A stretch of DNA of 64,000 bases, taken from IMG/VR virus record IMGVR_UViG_3300013936_000015, positions 32,001 to 96,000 of that record; one strand, 5' to 3'. Each line of letters starts with the position of its first letter. Within the stretch, counting starts at the first letter, position 1. The notes under the pieces are model-generated. The model was not told the origin of the DNA, did not search any database, and saw nothing but the letters and a program-made list of their open reading frames with translations. The position numbers were made by a program, and so were the translations under genes. The DNA is from a virus (taxonomy: Duplodnaviria; Caudoviricetes). Positions 38,540 to 51,802 of the stretch are shown here, one piece after another.

Positions 38540-41500
38540 GAGAAACTCTATGTATAAATTGTTTTAATTCCAGATATAATAGCTAATTCCTTACCACTAT
38601 ACCTTATTCTTACTTTTATCCATTTATCTCTTAATGGAGCAGATTTTGTATAAGTCCATTTATCCAAACTAAGATTCTATGGCCAATAATATTTATTCTA
38701 ATATTCTATGGGTAACTTATTATTATCAATATTACTGTCCTTAATATCATTTGGAATGTAATCAATAACAATAGGGGGTTTACCATTTGACCATTTAGCT
38801 TCATTCTTCTATACAAAATTCATATAAGGAATCTATATTTTCCATAATCCTTCCGTATATTCTGAATTTGATTTTAATATTCCATACTTCTTTCTGGTAT
38901 TACACTTAATAATAGTCTGAATAAGAAATTTATTCTCCCTAGTATCCCATATTACTTGTGAACCAGACAAATAACTCCAATCCCATATATTAATATGTTT
39001 GGAATCTTGTAAAATATTAGATGAATATTCGTCATAATATAATTCCAATTCATCTTTTGTTCTTTTATAATATGCTGGGAAAATTGTAGACTTGCTTATC
39101 CCCTATTTGAATACGGCTCCCGGATTGTTAGTATATCTATCAGATACTGTTAGATTCTAATCTGGAATAATATTAGTATAATATTTGTCATAAGAAATAT
39201 TAGATCCCATTTCTCTCCAAAGTAACTTTGTAGCTTCCTGCCTATAATAAGCATTTGGAAGATCTGCTTTAAATTCATAACCATCACCAGTTACTGTAAA
39301 ACTAAAAGATTCAGGCTCTGTATTATTAGAAATAAGCAATAAATTATTAAAAATCTTCTGTATTGAACCTACATCTCTTACTATAAATTCAAATTCAAAT
39401 GGGAACTATATATCATACCATTTAGTAGGATATGGCTTATCAACAATATCTTTATTGATATATCTTATTATAGATTCTCCATGTTTCCAGATGTATGATA
39501 GTTTTGGATAATAGTCAGTTTTACCTTCATCATTAAAATAAATTGGATAGTCTTTAGATAAAGTATTCCTCTTATCATTAAGTATTTTTACTAAATCAGC
39601 ATTTATAGAATACATATTGTTATCTATATTAAATACTTCTGTAGGAATCCAACTATAGAATGTAGTAAACATACCACTATCACTAACTAAAAAGTTGTAA
39701 GCAATATTCCACTATAGAATATTCTTTTTATCTTCTAAATTATAGAAAGTAAACATTATCTCCTGTTTACCTGCATTATAGAAAGATTTTACATTCTTAA
39801 TACCTAATTCAAAACTTGAATCATTATAATTAAGATTAATATTCTTATTCAAGAATGATTCTATTACAAAATCAGAAATTATTTTTAATGTGGGTCTTAT
39901 TCCACCAACCATCCATATCTTTTTAGCTACTGTATCTACTCCAAATACTCCATAAGGAGTGTCTATAATACTATCAATCCATTTAGATCCAAAATCAGTA
40001 GAAAGAACAAGAGTTGCCCTCTAAGGAAGAACTTTGTTATAATTTAAGTAAACACTAGTAGAATCAGAAATCATTGTTTTCTCACTAGGCTCTACATAAA
40101 TAATACCGTGTTCTAATATTACTAACAATCCTTCTGAATAATTTACTATTTTAGTTATAGCTCCTAATTCTTGATTATAATCCATATGATTACCTGACAA
40201 GAAAGATCTATATCCATTAGTAATAGAATTATCCTGTGCTACTTCTGAATAATAAATTCTGTTCTTATAGTAATTATAAACAAAGGGAACGTCTACTGGA
40301 CAATTAAATGTTAATCCACTATTATTTACATTATATCCATCATTTAATACAGATGTTTCTGGCAACTTAGAACTTCCTGCAACACTCATAGAATGAACAG
40401 GATAAAATCCTCTTCCTCGTCCATATACAGACTTCTCATTGACATTAGAATCATCAATACTTCTATATATAAGATTGTAATTAGATTCTATTCTAAGAGT
40501 TATCCAATTACCTAATTGAACAGCATTTAGATCTCCAACATTCATCTTATTCCAACTATGTACAACATTATCTTTATTCCATTCATCACAGCTGTTATTT
40601 AGCCAAGAAGTAGAATCAACAATTATATCATTTGTTGGACTAGATGTACTACTGAAGTTTCTCTTCATTCTCTAAGTAAACCAGCATATGTATCTATCAC
40701 CACCAAATAATTCCTATTCTGTTTTAGAATTATTTAATTGAACTCTCTATCCTATTTGATAATAATTAGAAGTATCTTTTAATCGAATCTCCCAATAATT
40801 ATCCATATTATTTATATTAAACTCGGGGATATATACATTATATAGTGAATATAAATCAACAATATCAGAAGGTTGTATTGTGCTATAATATTCATTTGGA
40901 AAATAATTAGCAATATTATATTCATCTTCCTTTGACTTACCACCATATTTTAAGAAATTTTCTCCTTGTCCTTTATATTGCCAATGATAATATTTTGTAT
41001 AATCATCATTATTATAACTAGGATATTTTAGAAATACTTGATCAGCACCAGAATATGTATCTTTAACAAAATTACTAAATCCTATTCCGATATATGGAGA
41101 AATTATACCTCTAAATATATTCTTTCTTCGACATAATGAATTATGGTTATTTTCATCTCCAATTTTTCCATATTCATAAGACAACTATGACGCATCATAA
41201 TTATCTATGAATCTAAATTGTCGTGCTTCTGTAGAACTTCCAACACTTGATCGGAATATTTTGCCATCAGCTTCCACACCAGATACATCCTCGGGTACAG
41301 AAATTAAAGACACTTTAGAATAAATATTCTAAAATCTATCATCGTTATCTGTACCACCATTACCCCATGGATTTATTCCATTGTTATAATATTTAAAAAT
41401 ATGAGATCTGTCATTATCAGTAGCAGAGCATATATAATTACATACTTTTTTTACAGTAAATTTATCTCCAGTAAGAAACTAATTAAAATAAGGCTACTTT

Positions 41501-43317
41501 ATAGTTAAATCTGGACATATCCCTGCCGCTTTTTCAAAACTTCTAAATCCTGAAATAAGTCTTGGAATATATGGTTGGGTTAAATATGCGTATTGACCTT
41601 TGTCTGTATGCCACCAAATTTTGAACTCTCCAGTATCTCCAATCTTTTGTCCAGCATCTAACTATATGGGACTTAAAAAAGATTCTAGTTGGGTATATTT
41701 ATTAGAAGTACTATCAACTGCAGGAACATCTGCTCCCTAAATCATTGGCATTGTAAACATCTATGTAAGTTTCAAAGGCATTCTTTTCTATCTTACAAAG
41801 AAATACCCCATAATACCTTTTCTCTTTAGATACTATAAAACAAACTTATCAGTTCTTATATCTAAAGAATATATATAATATCCAACAGTATTTATTGAAG
41901 TTACTCCCCCATTGTATTGAAATGGATATGAATATCTATCTGGATTTATGTAAATAACACCCTTTTCGTTTTCCCTTGTGTTATTCTTAACATATCCATT
42001 GTCATGAAATTCCCAATTCTTAAAAGTAATACTATCAGGTAACTCATTAGAATCTGTCTAAAATTTCTCATGCCATGGAATATCAGAATAATAAGAATTT
42101 CTATTAGGTTGGGTCTTGTTATTTACTGTATTTAATTCATGCCCTCTGATATTATACACATTAGAAAGCTGACCATTATTATAGATATATACAATACCAA
42201 GCCTATAAAACTCTCCTGGCATATAACCTAAATAATAATATTGATTTTGAGAATTGTAATATTCTCCTTGATATTTAGATTCTGATTTCTGGATAACTTC
42301 ATATTCTCCAGAAACCTCACCAATAAGATTATTAGCCTATGTCTCTTTTAAGAAAGGTAAAAACTATAAACTAAGTGTCTTTAATTCCTAATCATAAGGG
42401 ATATTAGTAGTACAATTAGCAGCAAATAACCTATTCTATGTCTATGCAAAAGATTTGACTGTAGTAAAAAGAGTATGTGTCTGATTAATTGCGAATTGTG
42501 TTGTATCAACAGTATTCTCAAATCCAGAAATACGAATTTCTAATTCATCCCCATCATAAGGAAATAAATCTACTAACTATTTGTATTCATCAACACTATT
42601 CTAATCCTTATCAGCAGTAATCCTCTAATAGCAAACCTGTATATAATTATAACTAGTATCAAGATTACTTAATTTTAATCTAATAGTCTTATTAGAATTT
42701 TCATCTCTGATACCACCGTGTACTGATTTTGGATTACCATCATCACCAATAAATGCTATAATTCTATTAGACTAAGCAACAATATCAGTAACATTCTTAT
42801 CTAAATCAGCATATCTAAAGAAGAAGAAATAACTACCACATTTTAAATTACCATTACCTGCCATTCCTAAATAATCCACTTGAGGAATTTTATCATATAA
42901 TAGTTGTAAACTAGTATTTTTGGCAAGCGTATTTTCATCATAGAGATTGCTATTCTTTTCTCTATTAATAAATGTAAATGTATTATTATCTTGTACTCGA
43001 AACCTACTATTTACTAGTCTTGGAATACTTTTATTATCAGTAAATATTAGATTGGTACTTCCATCATATGTTTTCTGTGTTTCTAACTAAACCTAAGAAG
43101 TAAAATCATATTTATATTGATCGGTCTCAAAATTATTAACCTTATTAAGACCATCTTCTTCCTTTAATAAGTTTCTTAACGGCCTATATGTTATTTGTAA
43201 TGGAGCCTCATCAATAGGAATACTACCATATATATAGAAATTTACATCTTCATTAGGATTAGTTAAAACAGAGATGTCTAATGATTCAAATCCCGTATTA
43301 GTTGTCTGAAGTTTCAT
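38536..43317 (-). CDS. Large tail stabilisation / muzzle-like protein (~1593 aa, TAG=Gln)
   Basis: Seven fragments are in frame. FGGDRYICWFT, NRIYYS, FGVDTVAKKIW and C-terminal LRDKWIKVRIRY resemble crAss tail stabilisation proteins. Confidence 0.7.
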
Positions 43318-45298
43318 CTGTAAGCGTTATAGTAAATTCGTCTGAATAATTACCCCTACCTATTCTCGAATATTTATAAGTATCTCCTACTTCAAATCCT
43401 ACATCAAAATTTGGATCGTCACAGATATATTCTGTTTTCTTATTTTTTATAAATGTTAAGAGTGGTTCTCGTGCTGTATCCCAAGAATCAATGTTATCAT
43501 ATGGAGTATCCCCAGGATTTCCGGGATCATAAGGATCATAAGGTTCATAAGGGGTGTCTTGCTAATAATCACCTCCCGTATAAGGATTGTCACTAACAGT
43601 AGAGTCAACTCCTCCCTGTATAGGTTCGGTAGGTAATTTTATATCCTATGTAGAAATCTTACCGTCTTTAATTCTTTGAATATAGGCATAAACATACAAT
43701 TTATTATCTCCCTTTGTATTAGGATAATTATAAACTATAGAATATTTAATATCTTTATTAGCAAGATCATTACTATTTAATACTATAGATTTATTACCAT
43801 CTTTATCAATAGTAAGTAAATCTGTTTTTTCTGTTACATCATTTTTAGTTTCATTTCTATAAATATGAATAATACCCTCTTTCATTTCTACATTTTCAAA
43901 GTCTGCGATATTACCAGTAATATAATATGTAGCATCTGGATTATCCCAGTTATTATAAGTAGACCATTTAGAAGTTATTTTCATTGTAGTATATTTATAT
44001 TTATACTACTTGCCGTCTTCTGTTTCATTAGGAACAGTAGGAGAAATATAATGATCTAAATTTACTCCTACAGGAATAGAGATACTGTCTGTATATTGAT
44101 TATTATTATAGAAACAACTTAATTCATTAAATAGACTGCTGTAATTTATTTGTGTAGTATGTTTTTCAGTTCCGCTGCTATCCTTTGTTTCTTTCCCATC
44201 ATCACTTATTAAATACTTGTTATAGGACAGCTCTATATCTAACTAACAACCATTTATAACATTATCCTTTATTGCATTAGAATAATTATTTAAATGCTAT
44301 GAATTTGGACAGTTATATGTAACAGAAACAGGGATATCAACAATCATACGTTTATCATATGTTTCAGACTCCTCTTTCATTGTTATTGTATTTGATCCAG
44401 CATCATATTCAAAATTTAAAAAATCTTGAAACTCTGAATCTGTCCAATATAGTCTATTAGATGTAGACTTAACATTATTATAAGTGATTATATTGATAGG
44501 ATTCATCTTACAACTATAAATATAGTTTTTAGATAGTTCCATTACAAGCCTTGTAATAATATCATTACCATTATAAAAACACTTATATCCAAATTCTGTA
44601 ATATTGCCATCCTTTTCTTTAGTATATTGTTTCATTAAACTATTTACATATGAAACTTCCACACCATTTTTATTATATCCCTTGAATTTTATAGAATATA
44701 CCTTGTTAATATAATTATCATCAAATTTTCTAGTTCCTATATACTCATACAGAAATGTAGGAAGTTTTAAATAAAATTCTGCCCCATAGCTTAATGTAAC
44801 TGGATATAATTTCTCTTCATTCCAAGCCTATAATTGATGAGCATCCTAATCAAAAATAGTAAAACTTTCAGAAATTCTACTATCTTTGTGATAAGTATAA
44901 GAATCCTTTAATTGTAAATGTTTCTATTGATTCTTTCCCTCATCAGATAAGTCTGTAATTAATGCTTTAATATCATTAACTCCAGGAAAACTTCCTACCT
45001 ATGTATGTCCCTCTTTATCAGTAAGAATCATATATGCAACACCACCATCTTCTTTAGTAACAAGAGGGACATATCCGTCTGGTAAAGCAGCTTTATTATA
45101 ATTTCCCTCATCATCTACATCAAAAGGATTAGTAATGCTAGTATTACCAAAATCATTTTGTAAAATCATCTCATCACCATTACCAGTAATCATACTGGCA
45201 TTCATAGCATCTGTAAGCTATTCATTAGTAATAGTCTATTCATTTAGATCTAGGTTCATCCCCTTACTAAATCCATTAACCGCTTCTTTTTTTGACAT
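43298..45298 (-). CDS. Tail protein with a crAss muzzle-type N-terminus (~666 aa, TAG=Gln)
   Basis: MSKKEAVNGFSKGMNLD...LTDAMNASMITGNGDEMILQNDFGN. Fragments 45205, 44662 and 43984 are in frame. Ends TAA 43298. Confidence 0.68.
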
Positions 45299-46464
45299 AT
45301 TGTTGAATAGTTTGTATTACATAAATCACTTATTTTTAAGTTAGGCTAGAATTTATAAAATTCCACATTGTATAAATCTATATATGTCCTTATAAATCGG
45401 AAAAAACCTACATCAGAAGATTTAACCCTTACAATATATCTGTGTATTCGGTATAGTAATGATGCAATTTCCGGAGATTTACATAATAGTTTACATTTAT
45501 TAAAATAAAATTTTTTCTATTGTTTATATCTTAAACTTCCATCTGGTTTGAAATATTTCTTAAATTCTGGTTTAGAAATACCAAAATAATAATAACCATC
45601 CCATTTAATATTCTTGGAATACCAAAGTTTACGAATGCGCTTCCTTAATTGTCTGGCATAATATTTTTCTGGTTTCTTTCCACAGAAAGCAATAACATTC
45701 CCAATATAAATATATCTTCCACCCTTACTGATAAATATATCCATAAAAGATTTAGCATTGATAGAAATCTGTCTAACACCAAATCTAATAATTTGATATA
45801 AAGTCTATATCTTAATATTAGGATATAATAAAGATACTTTTTCAACATAATCCATTAAAAGTACTGGTGCTTTAGGATAATATTCCTTACCAGAATTAAC
45901 TTGCTTCGCCAAGTCCTATTGAAATCTATCATCCATAATAACATCCGTCTAACGTATAGGAGTTCCTCCTGCTTTACGATAGTAATAAAAACATGGACAA
46001 TAAGCCTTAAAGTTAGATTCGAGATAATCAATATATTGATAGTTTCCTCTTTGACGTTCTTTTATAAATTCATCGCCCTTAATAACACGCATATGAACTT
46101 CTGTGTATGCTCCAATACCTGCAAGACTAATTGTTCTATTATATAGGATGATATCTTGCATCATAATAAATACAGCATCTGCTAAAATATCACCAAAGAA
46201 CTCTTCTATCTCTTTATCTGGATCTATATTTAATTGAGATATTTGTGTATCATTTAATCCTAATCCTTTTCTATATGTATAATATAGCTCTTTTTGAGTC
46301 ATTGCATATCCAAACCCAGAATTTAGAATTAATTCCAAACTTTCATTTTCATTCAGTTTTTTCTTAGGAATGTATTTTATTTCCTTCTTCTTTTTCCTGA
46401 TCAAACTGGGAGATATCTCCCTATAAACATCTCGCAAATTTACATTACCATACCACTATTCCAT
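45256..46464 (-). CDS. Basic hypothetical protein (~402 aa, TAG=Gln)
   Basis: ATG 46464 (TAATG overlap) joins fragments 46437 and 45744. Ends TGA 45256. Lys/Arg/Tyr-rich. Confidence 0.6.
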
Positions 46465-47165
46465 TAACGTAAAGGCTTAAATGATTTATTATATATTTTT
46501 CTATCGTGTGATGTTCTAGCATCTAATATCTCATTCATATCATTCTGAGAAAGATATGTAGGAATACGGGCCTAATCTACTTGAACAGCATACTTCTTAG
46601 TAAGATTTGAGGATAATGTGATTAAATTAGCATTATTGGTCGCTAATCCCCTTTTAAAATAGTCTATAGATGCAATATATGTAGCAATGGCAAGGGCCTC
46701 ATCATCAGTAACTTTAGGAAGACCCTCATTGTCTAAAATAAATTCTTTATATAATAAATGTAATTTAGTTCCTACAGGAGCTTCTTTCACCTAAATTGTA
46801 TTATCATCAACCATTACATATTTTACGTATCTACCAGATTGATAAAAAGGACTCATAGAAACTTTTCTACCCTCTATATATTCTTCTGTTACAATAGAAC
46901 CCATATCTCCTTCTGAATATATTGGAGAATTATACATTGCATCTTCAAAGTCATAATTCAATGATTCTATAGCATCACATTCACAAGGAAGCTCTATAAT
47001 ACCATCGTTTCCAACTTCTACATAAGTGGATTTTAATTTATATCTCTAATTGCCAATTTTATTAAAAGCAATCATTCCTAATTCTTCAAAATCCTCCTCT
47101 GGCATCTTTACCCCATATAGCTGATTAGCTAAAACCATTGCATAATGAAAATTATTATACTACAT
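46464..47165 (-). CDS. Putative ring / tail tubular protein (~233 aa, TAG=Gln)
   Basis: M(Q)YNNFHYAM...LPCECDAIE...ILDNEGLPKVTDDEALAIATY...MNEILDA; size and position typical of crAss neck rings. Confidence 0.65.
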
Positions 47166-47844
47166 ACTCTTGTTTATTTGGCATTATAGGCATCGCTAGT
47201 GACCGATAGTATTTTATGTACTAATCAGCTACAGCATTCTTTATTTCCTTATCTAAAAATGAAAATTTCTTATTTGTCTCCTCTGTCTCGCAACATTTAA
47301 AATTATCTAAATCCCTTGGATCTTTAAAAATAGCAACAATGGAGATTTCTTTTAACATTGGAGCATTAAAAACATACCCATCAATCATTCCTTGAATATT
47401 CTATACGGGATCTAAAAATACCCAAGGTCTCTTCTTTCCCCTTTTTCTATATTTCTAAACGTAATTAACTTCATAAGGAGAAGAATAGATAGTAAAAGGC
47501 TACCTTCTATCTGTAGAACCAATATATTTTATTGCATCCTGCCCAAACACATCCACCATCACTGCCGGTATCTAAAAATGTAACTAAGGCTCTCCCACAT
47601 AATCAGAATTACAAGAACACCTATCTAAATCCTAACAGTCAATAGGAATGCAATTAATAGATTCTACTAATTCATCAATAGGTAAAATACCTTTAAGAGA
47701 ATATTGCTTAATGAGATTTAATCTAGTGGCTACTATATCATCTTCTAACTACTCAATGCTAATAGATGAATTATGGTGATAACCCTTTAAACCACTTACT
47801 ATGTCATTATATACAGCAGATGCTAATTTGTTTATTAAACTCAT
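47155..47844 (-). CDS. Putative ring (neck) protein (~229 aa, TAG=Gln)
   Basis: KLASAVYNDIVSGLRG...KYIGSTD...ISIVAIFKDPRD. Frame closes at TAA 47155. Confidence 0.65.
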
Positions 47845-47849
47845 AGAAA

Positions 47850-47893
47850 TAAAAAAAGGTACTAACTAACAAAAATTAGTTAGTTAATACCTT
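47850..47893 (-). terminator. Intrinsic terminator
   Basis: AAAAAAAGGTACTAACTAA...TTAGTTAGTTAATACCTT imperfect hairpin with a U-tract on the minus strand. Confidence 0.55.
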
Positions 47894-47920
47894 AAACAAT
47901 TAAAATTTATAAATCATAAA

Positions 47921-49084
47921 TTACTTCGCAGGCTGACGAATGCCATCCTTTAAGAGAGTATCTGCAGGATTACCTGTCATTGTATCCCCCTCTGTCTTAG
48001 ATGCAGCAGCATCATCCTGAAGAGCTTTAATCTTCTCTGCATCATCAGCAGAATCTACAAGAGTATCCTTGTCAACAGCCTTATCATCATAATCAGACTG
48101 AACAACCTCAAATGTACCAGTGACATCTGCCTTGATAGAATCAAGAAGAGTATCAAAAGCATAAGAAGGATTGGAAACATCCTGAGCACCATTATCAAGA
48201 ATAAAGAAGGTATGCATAGTTTCACTATAAACCTGCTGGCCAACAGCACTCATACCACCAAGACCATCTCTTTTGGCACAATAAACAATGATATATTCAT
48301 TGTACTTGCCACCGATAATGGGCTGCTCATCCTGATAAGGAGACTCCCAATCACGATGTGCACAAGTAGGCAAGAATACATCCTTGATAAGATGACGGTA
48401 TGTACCAAAACTCTCATGACCCTGCTTAATAACAATACCAGAATCAGCATCCTCGTAACCACCAAAGGCAGAATCATTGCAGCAAGAATAACCATAAAGC
48501 TCAGGATTATAAACCTGCATCTCTGCACGATTAACAATCTGATACTCCTCAACACCAGTAATAGTTACCTTGGTATCAGCAGCAGTAATAGAAAGATGCC
48601 GCTCACCAAGAACCATCTGGCCTTGTCTCTTTGCATCCTTAGCAACAGAAGCAGCTAACTCTGCAGCAGTCTGCCCCTTCTTGTATGCAAACTCAATAAA
48701 GAACTCCTTGCCATAACGAGCATAAGCGTCTGCATAAGAAGGATCTGTTCTACGAAGATTGATAAATAATGCAAGTCTACCAAGACCACTGTCCTTCATT
48801 GTCTCAGTATCATCCTCATTAACAGAAGCAATAAACTTTGTCATATCAAACTCTACCTGAAAGTTCTGAGGATTCTCCCAATGTCTCTTGGCAATGCGAA
48901 CGATATTCTTTACATTAAAATTGAAATCCTTGGCAATATGAATAAACTTCTCATCACCCTTTGTTCCAATATAAAATCTACCATAAGTCTCCTTACTTGC
49001 ATCTGCGCCAGTCTCTGCCTTGCTGGTGCTTGTGTACTCTGGAGCCAGAGTATTAATCAAAGTAGTTGTTTCAAAATTTAACAT
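47921..49084 (-). CDS. Abundant structural protein (387 aa, no TAG), possibly an auxiliary capsid protein
   Basis: Intact ORF in the capsid module with codon usage like the capsid gene (AAG/GAG/CAG-rich), followed by a terminator. Confidence 0.6.
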   Translation of the reverse strand: MLNFETTTLINTLAPEYTSTSKAETGADASKETYGRFYIGTKGDEKFIHIAKDFNFNVKNIVRIAKRHWENPQNFQVEFDMTKFIASVNEDDTETMKDSGLGRLALFINLRRTDPSYADAYARYGKEFFIEFAYKKGQTAAELAASVAKDAKRQGQMVLGERHLSITAADTKVTITGVEEYQIVNRAEMQVYNPELYGYSCCNDSAFGGYEDADSGIVIKQGHESFGTYRHLIKDVFLPTCAHRDWESPYQDEQPIIGGKYNEYIIVYCAKRDGLGGMSAVGQQVYSETMHTFFILDNGAQDVSNPSYAFDTLLDSIKADVTGTFEVVQSDYDDKAVDKDTLVDSADDAEKIKALQDDAAASKTEGDTMTGNPADTLLKDGIRQPAK

Positions 49085-49089
49085 AATAA

Positions 49090-50892
49090 TTATTTTTTAG
49101 AATTTGTGTCCTGTGCCTGAGCTGGGGCAGCTATGGACTATGATATAGCTGGATGTGTCTGTAATCTCTAATCAGACGCATTCTCCATAATAACATTTGT
49201 TAGCTCATTTATTATCTCTTGACAGATATAGTCAGGAAATTCCATTATCTGACTAGTATCCTCTGTTAAATCCATCTACTCTTGGGTTAAGCGAATATAT
49301 TGTGGTGCTTTTACATAATCTATCTAAATACCAATTAACTAAAATACAGAAGAATCCTTACCATAGCGAATCTCTAATCTCACATTAGAAGCATTCCCAT
49401 ATCTCTATCCTGCATATTTAACAACATTACTTTCCTTTAGATTATTTACATTGATAAATCTTGGGAAATTTGGATTCTTAACAGAAGCCCCTCCATAATC
49501 ATTCTATTTTAAAGATGTGTAATTACCATCAGCATCAAGATTGTATTCAGGAGTACCCTCAGTAGCAGGAGTCTGTTTAATAATAGGAGATTCTACTGGA
49601 TTATCTACTAAAGATAAAGTAGGTTCCTTAAAATTAAATGCACCTGAAGCAGCATTCTATAAAGTCTACTCTAATTTTATAAATTCCTAATAATCATCAG
49701 AATTATTGATAGAAACTGTTGTAGTTTCTTTATTGTATTTTAATACTTTCCCTAATAAACTGTTTTCAGGTATTACAAATTTTCCACCACTATGTGAAAG
49801 GTTATCCTTAGTAACAGTTGTTAAAGAAAAATCAGTCAATTTCTAGTACCCCTATATAACATTATTAGATTTTATAGGAATAGAAATAGATGTTACTTCA
49901 GTATCATTAAACTAAAGAATTGGTCTGGAATTAGTAGAATATTCACTACATACTTCTCCAGAAGGTGTGCCGGTATATTGCTGACCTTCAAGTGGACAAG
50001 TAGATACCTATAATTCATTAGAACCTAAATTAATTCCTGCAAACTTTTCACTGCCATCAATCTTACCCTAAAATTTAATATTTTTTATTTTTCTTGTAAG
50101 ATTATAAGAAGTAGATGATAAATTTCCATCAGTAGAAGTAACCTCTAATCCTAAAGAAAAAGCATCCTCTAATGGTAAAGAAAGACTTCCTTTTTTAATA
50201 GGAGTAATAACACCATCGGTATATGTCATTATTGTGCCATCTGAGCTTTCAGTTTTTGCATCAGTATGTGCATAATCTGTTCCTTCAAAAGGAATAGTTT
50301 CCTTACTGTAAAAAGAGGATTCATTTACAGGATTTGTGGGATTCTAATTACTTGTATTTAAATTGTTAATATAATAGTATGGCCTCTTATAAGAGGGTCT
50401 CATATATAAATTGTCTATTATTAATGGCCATGCATCTGCAGTTACTTTAGTAGCACCCTTCATAACAATATTACCTACATTATAAGGACAATTTATTCTT
50501 CTAAGAACTTTATATATACAGATGCAGTTTAATAGATGTAAATAGTCAGCAGGAAGAGCAAATTCATAAGTAGCACCATATATTGAATCAAGGTTTATCA
50601 CTTCAGCATCTCCTTTAATCCCATTCTCTCCATTACCCTTTAATAATTTACTAGTAACAATTTGAGATAAATCGGAAGGGGTTTTTATAGGAGTTAATAC
50701 AGCTGATGTCTTTAATACCCGTAAATTGTCTGTTCTTTGCTGATCAGTATCTACACCAAAATTATATTGCTTATTAATAAACTAATTAATTGTTTTATTA
50801 AAAAAATAATTAAAAGTTTCCAAGTCTATACTAGGAGCATTATTCTTATTAAGCTCCATTAATACATAAGTAAAGACTTCCTTTGAGGTCAT
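49090..50892 (-). CDS. Ring / head-tail protein with a long internal region (~600 aa, TAG=Gln)
   Basis: ELNKNNAPSIDLETFNYFFNK, LPADYLHLLNCIC, RPYYY, EIRYGKD, IDYVKAPQ, MEFPDYICQEIINE. Confidence 0.7.
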
Positions 50893-50903
50893 AGTTTATT
50901 AAA

Positions 50904-51728
50904 TCATTTTTTTGTTTTAGTATCTGGCTCTAACTCTGGGAATGACTCCTTTTTAATCATTTCTACAAGTTTCTTATTAGAAGTATCTTGTAGCCATGCA
51001 ATAGCAGCATCATCAGTTGCTCCAAGAATAATCTCATCACCATACATATAAAGATTATTCTTTCTAACAATTACTCCCTTATCTTTTGCAGTAAACAATA
51101 ATAATCTATATTTTGCTTCTGCACCAGTATAAATACTTTGAATTTTAGAAGGATTACGCTTTGCAATTTCTAATAAGTATTCTGTAACATCAGAATCAGG
51201 AGCATTCTCCATATGTTTACCAAGTAATCTAGTTTTAAGAAGTCTTCCTTCAACAGAATCCTCAAAAATAAGTTTACAGGCATCATAAACTTGTTTAGAC
51301 TTACTTACTCTTGCCTTAGTTTCTACACCGGGGATATCAACATAAAGTTCTGCAATCCCATTTCTAGGATTAAGACCCTTATATTTAGGATTACCATCAA
51401 TAAGATAGTTACCCTTTTCATCCTTGGCATATCTACTAGATGCAATTAGAGGACAATGTTTGATAGCTTCCCATTCTGCATTCTGATATGGATCACTTAA
51501 ATCAAATGTCTGACCATCCTCAATCTTAAATTCCTTGTTCTCTGGAATAAAATATGGATAATCAGCACTATTCTTTTCTGCATCGGTGAGAATCATATCT
51601 CCGGAAGAGTTTACTCTCTTCACATATTTACACTGCCGCCCAGTCTTGGGATCGGGGCAAGGATTAATAGTATAAACCATTCCAACCTTTCCCCATACAC
51701 TTCTTAAAACAATAATATTATCATTCAT
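50904..51728 (-). CDS. Conserved crAss capsid-module protein immediately downstream of MCP (274 aa, no TAG)
   Basis: Intact ORF; position and C-terminal YMYGDEIILGATDDAAIAWL pattern. Confidence 0.65.
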   Translation of the reverse strand: MNDNIIVLRSVWGKVGMVYTINPCPDPKTGRQCKYVKRVNSSGDMILTDAEKNSADYPYFIPENKEFKIEDGQTFDLSDPYQNAEWEAIKHCPLIASSRYAKDEKGNYLIDGNPKYKGLNPRNGIAELYVDIPGVETKARVSKSKQVYDACKLIFEDSVEGRLLKTRLLGKHMENAPDSDVTEYLLEIAKRNPSKIQSIYTGAEAKYRLLLFTAKDKGVIVRKNNLYMYGDEIILGATDDAAIAWLQDTSNKKLVEMIKKESFPELEPDTKTKK

Positions 51729-51756
51729 ACGTATTAATTCATATTAAACATTAACA

Positions 51757-51792
51757 ATAAAATATGGGAGAGAAAACTCTCTCCCAATAAAA
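51757..51792 (-). terminator. Intrinsic terminator after the major capsid gene
   Basis: TGGGAGAGAAAACTCTCTCCCA hairpin followed by U-rich sequence on the minus strand. Confidence 0.75.
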
Positions 51793-51802
51793 AATATCTT
51801 TA

